Shown: positions 1-9,417 of the stretch, piece after piece
Position numbering within the stretch: position 1 is the stretch's first letter
How the letters are laid out: each line of letters opens with the position of its first letter
Assembly: GCA_965208835.1 (NCBI GenBank)
Contig: OZ242358.1
Location: 2,752,001 to 2,816,000, forward strand
Direction: 5' to 3'
DNA: 64,000 nt
From: Candidatus Latescibacterota bacterium
GTDB lineage: Bacteria; Latescibacterota; UBA2968; GCA-2709665
The notes under the pieces: generated by a model
What the model saw: only the letters and a program-made list of their open reading frames with translations
What the model was told of the DNA's origin: nothing
Databases searched by the model: none
Program-made: the position numbers and the translations under genes

Positions 1-1
1 T

Positions 2-388
2 CGCATTCCGGATCGGCATTCGCTGGTCCCACCCGGGCTTCCGTACGGCCCACGCGATACCCCTTGTGAGGCCCAGCAACAATGCCATCGCGTGTTCGGC
101 CAGATGCACGCCGACCGTTCCCCGGCCGCTGGTCAGGACAACGTTGCTGTCGACAAACGACTTGAATAACTGACCGTCAACCCCTGCGCCCCAGGTCTGC
201 ACCCACCGCAGGCGTTCTCCCCGCCGGAACATCTCCGGGCTCAGACTGCCAAAAACCACCTCCACCTGCGGCATGACGTCCAGCATCTCAGCTTCGGTTT
301 CGGGCGTCACCAGTTCCACGTCCTTCACCGCAGACGCAATCTCTTCCCTGTGGCGATCCGACAACTCCACGCGCAACAGGATTTTCAT
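2..388 (-). CDS. D-2-hydroxyacid dehydrogenase family, N-terminal part (runs off the window edge; not in ORF track)
   Basis: Hand translation from ATG at 388: MKILLRVELSDRHREEIASAV...LRWVQTWGAGVDG...VVLTSGRGTVGVHLAEHAMALLLGLTRG, the typical substrate-binding domain motifs. Confidence 0.8.
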   Translation of the reverse strand, partial: MKILLRVELSDRHREEIASAVKDVELVTPETEAEMLDVMPQVEVVFGSLSPEMFRRGERLRWVQTWGAGVDGQLFKSFVDSNVVLTSGRGTVGVHLAEHAMALLLGLTRGIAWAVRKPGWDQRMPIRNA

Positions 389-432
389 GACGATGCCTCG
401 GGTCCGCTGTGTGAGATTGACCGCCGTTCCGG

Positions 433-1680
433 TCAGAGTACCTCCGCGGCGGAAGCGCGAACGGCGGCGGCGAGAGCGTCGATTCTTTCTTCAGGAAACC
501 AGGGATTGACGGTAGTCAGAAGGAGTACCCGTTGAAGCAGGTCTTCGGTGCGCGGGCAGAGTCCGGGGCCGTACGAAACGTCGCCGTCGTACGCCGGCGA
601 GTTCCATGGATTGGAGTGGGGTGAGGCCGTGGCCTTATTCTGTATGGGAGGTCCCATATAGACGGGCTTCCCGCCGTATCCCAAACCGGCCGAAAACCCT
701 CTGGCGCGCATGGCCTTCGCGAACCGTGAGCAGGTGCGGCGATCTTCGAAGATCAGGTCCCAGTGTACCCCGAGGTGGCCGTCTTCGTCGTTTGTCGGTC
801 TGATATGCACACCGCGTACGCCTGCAACGCCTTCCTGGAATCGCCGGAATTTGCCGCGCATGGCCTCGACAACGTCGTCCATCTTCTGAAGCTGCGCCAG
901 CGCGACCGCCCCGGACATCTCGGGCATGCGGTAATTCTCGCCCACAAAGGGTTCCAGGGTCGGCTCGAAGCCCGGGAACCGGGTCTTTTCCCGAAACAGC
1001 CCCTGGTCGTGGTAGCGCACGGCGCGTTCGTAGAGTTCCGCGTTGTCGGACAAAACCACACCGCCCTCCCCCGACGTGATAATCTTTCCGAACTGCAGGC
1101 TGAACGCCCCAAGATCGCCCCAGGTCCCAATGGCCTTTCCGTTGTACGAAGCGCCGGCGCTCTGGGAGCAATCCTCAATCACCTTCAATCCGTGCCTTGC
1201 AGCGATCTCCATAATGCCATCCATCCGGCACGGCGTGCCCCACAGGTGCACCGGCAGAATGGCCTTTGTCCGGGGCGAAATCCTGGCTTCGATATCATCC
1301 GGATTCAGCGTCATCGAACTGTCGACTTCGGAGAAGATCGGCACGCCTCCGAGCAGGATGACGGCCCCCGGCGTGGCCACAAATGTGACCGGGGGCATAA
1401 TCACCTCGTCGCCCGGGCCGACACCCGCGGCAACCAGGGCGACCTTGATTGCCGCCGTTCCGGAAGTGACCGCCAGCGCGTAGGCGGAATCCATCTTCCG
1501 TGCAAAGCCCTGTTCAAAACGCGCCACCATGTCCAGGCGGTCGGGACCGTAGTCTCTTGAAAGCGATCGACTCTTTATGACTGCCAGGACCTCCTGAACC
1601 TCCTCGTCGTCCAGTACGGAAGCCCCGGCGTGGAGATTTCGCACCGGACTCTCCGGAGGCAACATCCGTTTCTTCGCCAT
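433..1680 (-). CDS. DegT/DnrJ/EryC1/StrS family PLP-dependent aminotransferase
   Basis: Motifs VTSGTAA, GVGPGDEVI, IEDCSQSAG, FSLQFGKIITSGEGG (PLP lysine), GENYRM. Confidence 0.9.
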   Translation of the reverse strand: MAKKRMLPPESPVRNLHAGASVLDDEEVQEVLAVIKSRSLSRDYGPDRLDMVARFEQGFARKMDSAYALAVTSGTAAIKVALVAAGVGPGDEVIMPPVTFVATPGAVILLGGVPIFSEVDSSMTLNPDDIEARISPRTKAILPVHLWGTPCRMDGIMEIAARHGLKVIEDCSQSAGASYNGKAIGTWGDLGAFSLQFGKIITSGEGGVVLSDNAELYERAVRYHDQGLFREKTRFPGFEPTLEPFVGENYRMPEMSGAVALAQLQKMDDVVEAMRGKFRRFQEGVAGVRGVHIRPTNDEDGHLGVHWDLIFEDRRTCSRFAKAMRARGFSAGLGYGGKPVYMGPPIQNKATASPHSNPWNSPAYDGDVSYGPGLCPRTEDLLQRVLLLTTVNPWFPEERIDALAAAVRASAAEVL

Positions 1681-1698
1681 CCCGGTTTTCCCCTCGCG

Positions 1699-3099
1699 TC
1701 ATGCCGGCCAGGCAGGACGCAGAAAATCGCCGGTTTCCCGCATCCAACCGGCGAGTTGCGTTCTCAGGTCGTCTCGCGCGCCGTGTAAACGCGGATCTTG
1801 CGCGAGGTTTCGCAGTTCATTCGGATCCGCCTTACGATCGAAGAGTTGATCCGCATCACGATGGTGATAAATGTACTTGTAAGCGTCGGTCACCACCCCC
1901 CTCGTATGGATCCCACCCCGGTTGTACCCGTTGAACTCGACAAACGCCGCGGAGCCGCTAGCGTCTCGCGCACCAGTCAGGTCCGGCATCAGGCTCCTGC
2001 CCTGCACCCGACCCATCGGCGGCAGATCCAGCAGATCCAGAATGGTCGGCGGCAGATCGACGTGAGAAGCGAAACCATCTCTAACTCCGGGTTCTATGCC
2101 AGGTGAGGCGATCATGGCCGGCAGATGGATGGACTCCGCGTAAAGCACCCCCTTCTGGTAGAGGTTGTGGGCGCCGAGCATTTCACCATGGTCGCATGTA
2201 AAGACCACAGCCGTATCGTCTACACGCCCCGAATCCTCGAGCGCGTCCAGCACGGTACCAACGCAGAAATCCAGGAACGCGACAAAACCCCAGTAGGTTG
2301 CCGTCGCCAGCGCCCAGCGTTCCCAGGACCAGCCGCGCACGCACTGCGCTCCAGCCGCGTTCCGAACGGGACCCGGCAGGCCGTCCATGTTCTCGCCGAA
2401 GCTTGGCGGAGGTACCATCTCGCCAGAAGAAAACATGCTGAAATACGGTTCAGGTACCAGAATCGGGGGATGCGGACCGCCCAGCGAACACCACGCGGCA
2501 AACGGCCGATCGTCCGGCGCGGAGCGGATGAACTCGCTTACGTTTGTCGCAATCTTCATATCGGGATGCGCTTCAGCCGGCTCCAGCCAGCGCGCAGGAA
2601 CCGGAATGCTCATTCCCCAATCGTACATTGCCCCGCCGTCGGTGGGCGTGGAGATGGGCGCCCTCTGATCTCCGTCTTTGCCGCCCTGTGCAATGAGCAT
2701 CCGGAGATGGTCCTTGTACGGGAAACCGCGCGGTACAAAGTGGGCGTATTCTCCGGACCGGTCGTCCTCAGGCTGACGGTTGACGTGCCAGATACCCTCG
2801 TATCCGACATGGTAACCGTCATCCAGCAGAGCGTCGATCAGCAATTGCTCCCCGGCGTTCAGTGTTTCGTACCCCGGCCCGAATGTCGTCGCGCCGTGGG
2901 CGTGCGGCCAGCGCCCCGTCATCATTGAAGGTCGCGTGGGCACGCACAGCGGGGATGCGCAGTAAAACTCCTGGAACACCGCGCTTCGCCCCGCAAGCCG
3001 GTCGAGACGTGGCGTCGGTATCCGCCCACCGTAAGCACCCAACGTCTGTCGCTGGAGTTGATCGCAGAGAATCACGAGGAGATTTTTCTTCACCTGCAT
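1699..3099 (-). CDS. Formylglycine-dependent sulfatase (S1 family)
   Basis: NLLVILCDQ, CxPxR motif CVPTRPSMMTG, DHGEMLG, QKGVLY, LFDRKADPNELRNL; start set at MQVKK because the longer ORF track start overlaps the upstream gene. Confidence 0.88.
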   Translation of the reverse strand: MQVKKNLLVILCDQLQRQTLGAYGGRIPTPRLDRLAGRSAVFQEFYCASPLCVPTRPSMMTGRWPHAHGATTFGPGYETLNAGEQLLIDALLDDGYHVGYEGIWHVNRQPEDDRSGEYAHFVPRGFPYKDHLRMLIAQGGKDGDQRAPISTPTDGGAMYDWGMSIPVPARWLEPAEAHPDMKIATNVSEFIRSAPDDRPFAAWCSLGGPHPPILVPEPYFSMFSSGEMVPPPSFGENMDGLPGPVRNAAGAQCVRGWSWERWALATATYWGFVAFLDFCVGTVLDALEDSGRVDDTAVVFTCDHGEMLGAHNLYQKGVLYAESIHLPAMIASPGIEPGVRDGFASHVDLPPTILDLLDLPPMGRVQGRSLMPDLTGARDASGSAAFVEFNGYNRGGIHTRGVVTDAYKYIYHHRDADQLFDRKADPNELRNLAQDPRLHGARDDLRTQLAGWMRETGDFLRPAWPA

Positions 3100-3257
3100 G
3101 TACTGTCCCCGTCCGGCGCACTCCCGTTTCTGAACAACGCCTTCATGGACTGACGTGAAAAAGAACCGCGTGCGTATTCGTCCCCGTGTACTTCGGCCGA
3201 AAAACCGTTCGCGGACGAAGGAAAGCGGTTCCTTTTTTTGGTTTGCCCTGCGTCGGT

Positions 3258-3911
3258 TCAAACCGTTTCGAGGACCAGGGAAACCGCGAGCCAACCTCCA
3301 ACCGGAATGATATTCGATACCAGACCCGGGTGCCCGGCCACGCGTCTGTTGTATTCCTGGATCCCGCGCCGGCCGTCTCCCGCATCCAGCGATTCGTGTA
3401 CATGACCGTGTCCATTCGCGTTGTCTGCCACGATCAGACCGCCGACCCTCGTGTTTTCCAGGGCGAAATCCAGATACACCGGATAGTTTTCCTTGTCGGC
3501 ATCGATAAAGACGAGATCGAACGGATCTTCGTCCGCCACGTCTCGCATTAACACGGCACCTTCCCCGACCCGCACTTCAGTCCGATCCGCCAGACCTGCC
3601 GCATCCAGATTCTTTCGCGAAACTTCGGCGTGTTTCGGGTCCACCTCGAGAGAAATGAAGCGTCCGTCGACCGGCAATGCCCGCGCCAGCCAGATCCCCG
3701 AGTAGCCGGCAAGCGAACCGAACTCCAGGATTCTTCTCGCTCCGATCGCTTTCGCCAGCAGATAAAGTGTCTTGCCCGATTCGGGACTGATGGAAATTCG
3801 CGGAAGCCCCTGCGAGGCCGCGCCGGGCATGACGCTCTTCAACAGTTCGTCTTCCCGGGCGAACATCTCCCGCCGATATGTATCCAGGTCCGGATACGTC
3901 AACTCAGCCAC
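3258..3911 (-). CDS. Class I SAM-dependent O-methyltransferase (caffeoyl-CoA/catechol OMT-like)
   Basis: ILEFGSLAGYSGIW, FDLVFIDADKENYPVY, GGLIVADN. Confidence 0.9.
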   Translation of the reverse strand: MAELTYPDLDTYRREMFAREDELLKSVMPGAASQGLPRISISPESGKTLYLLAKAIGARRILEFGSLAGYSGIWLARALPVDGRFISLEVDPKHAEVSRKNLDAAGLADRTEVRVGEGAVLMRDVADEDPFDLVFIDADKENYPVYLDFALENTRVGGLIVADNANGHGHVHESLDAGDGRRGIQEYNRRVAGHPGLVSNIIPVGGWLAVSLVLETV

Positions 3912-3927
3912 GTCGCCTTCCTCCGTT

Positions 3928-4926
3928 CTACGCGCCCGCGTTCGCCAAATAGGCGTGAAAATCGATTACGCGCCCCTCGTCCGACGCCACCCCGATTCCC
4001 TCCACCATTCCCACTGTCGGAAGATTGCGGTGTCCGCCGAATTCCGGTTCGATGCCATCCGTCACGTACTGCCGAAAGCCGTCCAGCAAAACCTCTTCCG
4101 GCGGCGGGACCTGATCAGGAGCGATGACGGTGTCGTCGTCTTTGCCCTGTTCACGCAGGACCAGTCCGGAGTCGGTTACTTCCAGGGCGCCGCCTTCCAG
4201 TTCCAGCCGCAATGCCGATCCGCCCTTGTGCGCCGCGAACGTGCAGAGATACCCGCAGGTCGCGCCGCCTTCGAATTCGATCCAGGCGTGGACCCCCGCG
4301 CCGCCTTTGTAGGGGCTCCAGGGCGGATTGAAGCTGTGCCCCCAAATGCGTACGGGATCGGCATTGAACAGATATCGCAGCGTGTCCAGATCGTGTATCC
4401 CCCGCTCCCAGAGATACGCGTGTTCGTCTTCCCCGGAGTGGTGAACGCGGGGTCTCCAGCCGTACTTGGTCATCAGTCCGAACATGGGCCGGCCGTAGGC
4501 GCCCTCTCTAACGAGACGATTGATCGTGACGTGCGCCGCAGCGTACCTCGCGTTCTGGCACACGGCCACCCTGACGCCCATTGCGTCGGCTTCACGCATC
4601 ACACGGCACGCTTCCTCCAGACTCTTGGTGAACGGCTTTTCCACCAGAACGTGTTTGCCCGCGCGAACCGCCTCCAGGCACTGATCGGCGTGCAGTTGCG
4701 GGGGTGTAATGACGACGACGGCGTCGGCCTCCACGCCTTCGATCGCTTCGCCCAGAGAACGGTAACACGCGGCTTCGGTCAAGCCCGATTCCTCCCGCGC
4801 CGACCTCAGATTGTCTTCGTTTACGTCGACGAGTGCCGCGCTCTCAAAGTCCGTCCGTTCCAGCACGCGACGAACCGGCCATCTCCCCCTGCCCCCTGCA
4901 CCAAGGTGAATAAGACGAATTGGCAT
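3928..4926 (-). CDS. Gfo/Idh/MocA family oxidoreductase
   Basis: LGAGGRG Rossmann motif, AGKHVLVEKP, GIHDLD. Confidence 0.88.
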   Translation of the reverse strand: MPIRLIHLGAGGRGRWPVRRVLERTDFESAALVDVNEDNLRSAREESGLTEAACYRSLGEAIEGVEADAVVVITPPQLHADQCLEAVRAGKHVLVEKPFTKSLEEACRVMREADAMGVRVAVCQNARYAAAHVTINRLVREGAYGRPMFGLMTKYGWRPRVHHSGEDEHAYLWERGIHDLDTLRYLFNADPVRIWGHSFNPPWSPYKGGAGVHAWIEFEGGATCGYLCTFAAHKGGSALRLELEGGALEVTDSGLVLREQGKDDDTVIAPDQVPPPEEVLLDGFRQYVTDGIEPEFGGHRNLPTVGMVEGIGVASDEGRVIDFHAYLANAGA

Positions 4927-5140
4927 ACCGTCTCCTCTAAAGTCCACTTAGCGGCCATTTGTCTATAAAAATCCGTGCCCGGCACAATATAAGGAACTCG
5001 CCAGGATGCTGCACGACTTTCCTTCGCCCCGCCGGCACTCAGGCCCAACTGTCGTTTATCCGTTTGACATTGGTGTCCCAATGCGCTAATTATGTTCCCC
5101 AAAACAGAGGTATTCCATGAGGTCGGAGAAGGGAGACCGA

Positions 5141-6628
5141 ATGCTCGACACCGTCGATCTTTCGCAAAAAGTGAAAAAATCGAAATATAAGGAGCTCATA
5201 CCGGGCCTCGAACTGAGACTCGGGCAACTTCAGCGAAACGCCAGAAACTGGAAGATCCCGATTGTCGTTGTCTTCGAGGGTCTGGAGACGTCAGGCAAGG
5301 GTACGCAAACCAACAAGCTCCTCCTGGCGCTGGATCCCCGCGGCTTCACGGTATACCCGACGCATCCGGCCAACGAGGAAGAGCGCAGAAAGCCATTCCT
5401 GTGGCGTTTCTGGACGAAAATACCCGAGGGCGGGAGGATCGCGATTTTCAACCGGTCGTGGTACGGACGCTTTCTCGTGGAACGAATGGATCAGACGATC
5501 ACTGAACAGGACTGGAATCGGGCTTACGGCGAAATCAGATCATTTGAGAAACAACTCGTCGACGCAGGCACGGTTATCGTCAAGTTCTTTCTGCACATTT
5601 CCCAGGCCGAACAAAGAAAACGGTTCATGAAGCTACAGAGCAGCCCGACAACGGCCTGGCGCATTACTGATTACGACTGGCAGAAGCACGAGAACTACCA
5701 GGAGTGCCTGTCAGTGGCTTCGGAAATGCTGAAAAAAACCCATTCGGAGTTTGCGCCGTGGACGCCGGTCGGGGCCGAGAACTGGCGATCTGCCAACATC
5801 AAAATTTTCAAGACCGTAATTGATGCCGTTGAAGGCAGAATCCGTCAACTGGAGAATGCCGGCGCCTCCACCCGGCCGTCGCCGCCCAAACTCGAAAAAA
5901 CCGCCTCTGGCATGCTGAAGAAGGTCGATCTGTCGAAATCCATGAGGAAGTCCGACTATCGCAGAGCCCTTAAAAGGTACCAGGCCCGCGTCAAGAACCT
6001 GGAACACGAGGTCCACCGCCGCCGCATCCCGGTTGTGCTCGTCTACGAGGGATGGGACGCGGCGGGCAAGGGCGGCAATATCAAACGCCTTGTGCAGAAT
6101 ATGGACCCACGGGGGTATGAAGTCATTCCCATTGCGGCGCCCAACGATATTGAACTGGCCCACCACTATCTCTGGCGATTCTGGAACCGGATGCCCAAGA
6201 CCGGCCACATCACCATCTTCGACCGGTCGTGGTACGGACGGGTCCTGGTTGAACGAATCGAGGGATTCTGTTCGGAATATGAGTGGAAGCGCGCCTACAG
6301 GGAAATCAACGAAATGGAAGAACACCTGACGAACTTTGGCGCCGTCATTCTCAAGTTCTGGATGCACGTGGACAAAGACGAACAGCTCAGCCGGTTCAAG
6401 GACCGGAAGAAGAACCCCCACAAGCGGTGGAAGCTCGCGGACGAAGACTGGAGAAACCGTGAGAAGTGGGACGCTTACGAGGAAGCGGTGGAAGAAATGA
6501 TCCATCGGACAAGCACACCGAACGCACCGTGGGTGATTGTCGAATCAAACTCGAAGTATTATGCCAGAATCAGGGTGCTTAGAACCGTTACTCGAAAACT
6601 GGAGTCGCGCCTCGGCATCCGGCATTGA
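5141..6628 (+). CDS. pap: Two-domain polyphosphate kinase 2 (polyphosphate:AMP phosphotransferase, PPK2 class II)
   Basis: Two PPK2 domains: EGLETSGKG...DPRG...FNRSWYG and EGWDAAGKGG...DPRG...FDRSWYGRVLVER; GGGAG upstream of ATG 5141. Confidence 0.9.
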   Translation: MLDTVDLSQKVKKSKYKELIPGLELRLGQLQRNARNWKIPIVVVFEGLETSGKGTQTNKLLLALDPRGFTVYPTHPANEEERRKPFLWRFWTKIPEGGRIAIFNRSWYGRFLVERMDQTITEQDWNRAYGEIRSFEKQLVDAGTVIVKFFLHISQAEQRKRFMKLQSSPTTAWRITDYDWQKHENYQECLSVASEMLKKTHSEFAPWTPVGAENWRSANIKIFKTVIDAVEGRIRQLENAGASTRPSPPKLEKTASGMLKKVDLSKSMRKSDYRRALKRYQARVKNLEHEVHRRRIPVVLVYEGWDAAGKGGNIKRLVQNMDPRGYEVIPIAAPNDIELAHHYLWRFWNRMPKTGHITIFDRSWYGRVLVERIEGFCSEYEWKRAYREINEMEEHLTNFGAVILKFWMHVDKDEQLSRFKDRKKNPHKRWKLADEDWRNREKWDAYEEAVEEMIHRTSTPNAPWVIVESNSKYYARIRVLRTVTRKLESRLGIRH

Positions 6629-6651
6629 TCCAATATCCGAGGAGAATCCCC

Positions 6652-7905
6652 ATGCAGGTCAAAGAGATTGATATCTCGTTCCTGGACGTACCGTTCACGC
6701 CGCACAGCAACGAACACCTCCAATACTGGCTGCCCCAGTGGCGCATCATCCAGATTTGCCGGCTCACGATGGACAACGGAATCGTTGGGTACGGCGAAAC
6801 CGTTCACAACTATACCTGGGCCCAGGTGCCCGAAGGGATCGAATGCCGCATCGTTAACCGGCCCGCTGCGGAGTTGATGTGGGACGACAGTCTGGGCGCG
6901 GGCGTTCAAATGGCGTTGTTCGACGCGGTGGGGAAGAGCCTTGGCGTGCCGGTCTACCGTTTGCTCGGCACGAAGATCCGGGACTGGTGCCCGATCTCCT
7001 GGTGGCACATGGACATGCCGGCTGAAGACTGGGCGGAGGAATGCCGTCAGGCCGTAAACGCCGGATATATGAGCGCCAAACTCAAAGCCCGTCCATGGTT
7101 CGATCTGCACGCATCGGTTCGAGCCGTACAGGACGTCGTCCCGGACGGGTTCCATCTCGATTTTGACTACAACGGAACGCTGGGCAATTCCGCAAACGCC
7201 GTACCTCACCTGAAGGAATTGGAAGCCTATCCCGAAATCGCAATGGTAGAAACGCCGATTCCCCAGAACGACGTGGCCGGCAACCGCCAGATCCGAACCC
7301 GATTCAGTCGGCCTCTGGCCATGCATTACGGCAGTCCGCCCGCAATCACCGCGCTGAAGGAGGACGTGACGGACGGCTTCGTGCTGTGTGCGGGCGCGTC
7401 GGGGCTGTTGAGGCAGGCCGCCGTGTGTGACGAAGCCAACAAGCCCTTCTGGCTGCAGCTTGTGGGTACGGGGATCACGACGGCGTGGGCGGCGCACCTC
7501 GGCGCCGTACTGGCGCAGGCCAGATGGCCGGCCATCACGTGCATGAACATATGGGAACATGGATTGATCGACGCGCCTCACGACGTGCGTGGCGGATTTT
7601 ACAAAGTACCTGAGGCCCCGGGCCTGGGAATCAACGTCGATGCCACCGCATTTGCGCGATATGCAGTCTCTCACGCCTGGGTGGACCCGCCCCGTCACCT
7701 TTACAGGTACGCCCGCGCCAATGGAGAAATCACCGACTACGCCTGCAACCGTCAGGACCTGCACCGGATCTACGTGGCAGACGCACAGCCGATTTCAGAG
7801 CCTGGCTCGAAACTGGTGATCGTACCCGACGACGGAAGCGATGGATTCGACAGCAGGTACAATGCGGCGTCCCGATCGCCGGTCAGGGAAAACGCCCTCC
7901 ACTGA
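6652..7905 (+). CDS. Mandelate racemase/muconate lactonizing enzyme family (enolase superfamily)
   Basis: MALFDAVGKSLGVPVYRLLG, KLK motif, LDFDYN, VETP, VPEAPGLGINVD; GGAG upstream of ATG. Confidence 0.82.
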   Translation: MQVKEIDISFLDVPFTPHSNEHLQYWLPQWRIIQICRLTMDNGIVGYGETVHNYTWAQVPEGIECRIVNRPAAELMWDDSLGAGVQMALFDAVGKSLGVPVYRLLGTKIRDWCPISWWHMDMPAEDWAEECRQAVNAGYMSAKLKARPWFDLHASVRAVQDVVPDGFHLDFDYNGTLGNSANAVPHLKELEAYPEIAMVETPIPQNDVAGNRQIRTRFSRPLAMHYGSPPAITALKEDVTDGFVLCAGASGLLRQAAVCDEANKPFWLQLVGTGITTAWAAHLGAVLAQARWPAITCMNIWEHGLIDAPHDVRGGFYKVPEAPGLGINVDATAFARYAVSHAWVDPPRHLYRYARANGEITDYACNRQDLHRIYVADAQPISEPGSKLVIVPDDGSDGFDSRYNAASRSPVRENALH

Positions 7906-7941
7906 CGACTGGAATACCCTCTCCACTTTCATTTGCAAACG

Positions 7942-7973
7942 AAAAAAAAGGGGCTTCCTTCAAGGAAGCCCCT
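7942..7973 (-). terminator. Rho-independent terminator between convergent enolase-family gene and lysC
   Basis: AGGGGCTTCCT-TCA-AGGAAGCCCCT hairpin preceded by an A-run (U-tract on the minus strand). Confidence 0.8.
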
Positions 7974-7997
7974 GCTTTGGAAATGACGCGTACGCGG

Positions 7998-9305
7998 TCA
8001 GTTTACAAAAGCATTGTATATGGCGCTTACAGCGCGCTTGTAGTCCGCCTCTTCCACACCGACGATGATGTTGATTTCGGACGCGCCCTGGTCGATTACC
8101 CGGACGTTGACGCGTGCGTCAGCGAGCGCGGTGAACAAACGGGCGGCGATTCCGATCCGTTGCGACATGCCTTCGCCAACCGTTGCGATGAGCGCCAACC
8201 CCCGTAGCAGTTCCACGCGGTCCGGCTGCAGGATCCGTTGGATATCGTCGACGAGCCGCTCGCCTTTCCTGCCCAGTTGGTCGTCACGCATGATAACCGA
8301 CATGGTATCGATGCCGGACGGGGTATGTTCGTAACTGATATCGTGCGAAGCAACCACTTCGAGTACCTGACGGCCAAACCCCTTCTGCTGGTTCATCATT
8401 GCCTTTTCAATAAAAAGCATCGTAAATGCCGGCTGCCCGGCCACGCCGGCAATGAGAGCGTCTGTCAGTTCCCTGCTCGCCAGGATGCGGGTTCCGGGAT
8501 CCCCGGGCCGGTTTGTGTTGCGAATGTGGATGGGAATCCCGGCCACACGCACGGGAAACATGGCTTCGTCGTGGAAAACGGACGCCCCCATATACGCCAG
8601 TTCCCGGACCTCGCGATACGTAATTTCACGAACCGGACGCGCATCCGGAACCAGGCCGGGATCCGCCATCAGCAGGCCCGATACGTCGGTCCAGTTCTCG
8701 TAGACCTCGGCATCGACCGCCCGCGCCACAATGGCGCCGGTGATATCGGAACCGCCTCGTGAAAACGTCCTTGCCGCGCCGCCGGGATCGCTGCCGTAGA
8801 AGCCGGGTACGACGTACATCCCGCTGCTGTCGACCCGTTCACGGATGAGGCGGTAACTTGCTGGGTCCAGCTCGCCGTCCGTGCGAAAACGGATGGCATC
8901 CGCCGCGTCGATGAAGGTTGCGCCCATATAATCGGAAATCAACCGACCACACAGATACTCTCCCCTCGATGCGACAAAGTCCCTGGATGCTCCGTTATCG
9001 ATATTCGTCTTCAACTCGTCGAGCAACCGCCCGATATCGAGCGAGATACCCAGCCTGGCCGCCAGTTCTTCGTATCTCGCGCGCACAATAGCGTAGGGCT
9101 CGGAAAAATCCAGATTCTGCCTGGCCAGTTCGTGGCACAGGTAGAGCAGGTCTGTAATCTTCGTGTCCTCATCATTGCGCTTGCCAGGGGCCGAGGGCAC
9201 AATAAGACGCCGTCGCGCATCGGATTCGACAATCCTCTTCACCTGTGCCATCTGCCGGTCGTCCGCCAGCGAACTCCCGCCGAATTTGCACACGACCGTT
9301 CCCAT
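7998..9305 (-). CDS. lysC: Aspartate kinase with C-terminal ACT domains
   Basis: VCKFGGSSL, VPSAPGK, SRGE, FSRGGSDITG, WTDVSG, ELAYMGASV, IDQGASEINI. Confidence 0.93.
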   Translation of the reverse strand: MGTVVCKFGGSSLADDRQMAQVKRIVESDARRRLIVPSAPGKRNDEDTKITDLLYLCHELARQNLDFSEPYAIVRARYEELAARLGISLDIGRLLDELKTNIDNGASRDFVASRGEYLCGRLISDYMGATFIDAADAIRFRTDGELDPASYRLIRERVDSSGMYVVPGFYGSDPGGAARTFSRGGSDITGAIVARAVDAEVYENWTDVSGLLMADPGLVPDARPVREITYREVRELAYMGASVFHDEAMFPVRVAGIPIHIRNTNRPGDPGTRILASRELTDALIAGVAGQPAFTMLFIEKAMMNQQKGFGRQVLEVVASHDISYEHTPSGIDTMSVIMRDDQLGRKGERLVDDIQRILQPDRVELLRGLALIATVGEGMSQRIGIAARLFTALADARVNVRVIDQGASEINIIVGVEEADYKRAVSAIYNAFVN

Positions 9306-9417
9306 ATACCGGTTCGACCTCCTTGCTGCGCCCGATCGCCATCCGGTACCTTGTGTTGTCGGTTTCGGTGGCGGGCGTCCTCGATTTTTTATGCAATAAC
9401 CGTGAATGTCCCCGACA

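Noticed and set aside
3100-3294. Long N-terminal extensions in the ORF track (also on hprK, LLM, SDR, asd, tamA and others)
   Set aside because: The extensions overlap neighbouring genes or regulatory elements, and most downstream starts have an RBS and match family N-termini
9306-9417. Lysine riboswitch upstream of lysC
   Set aside because: The gap is only about 110 bp and has no L-box motifs
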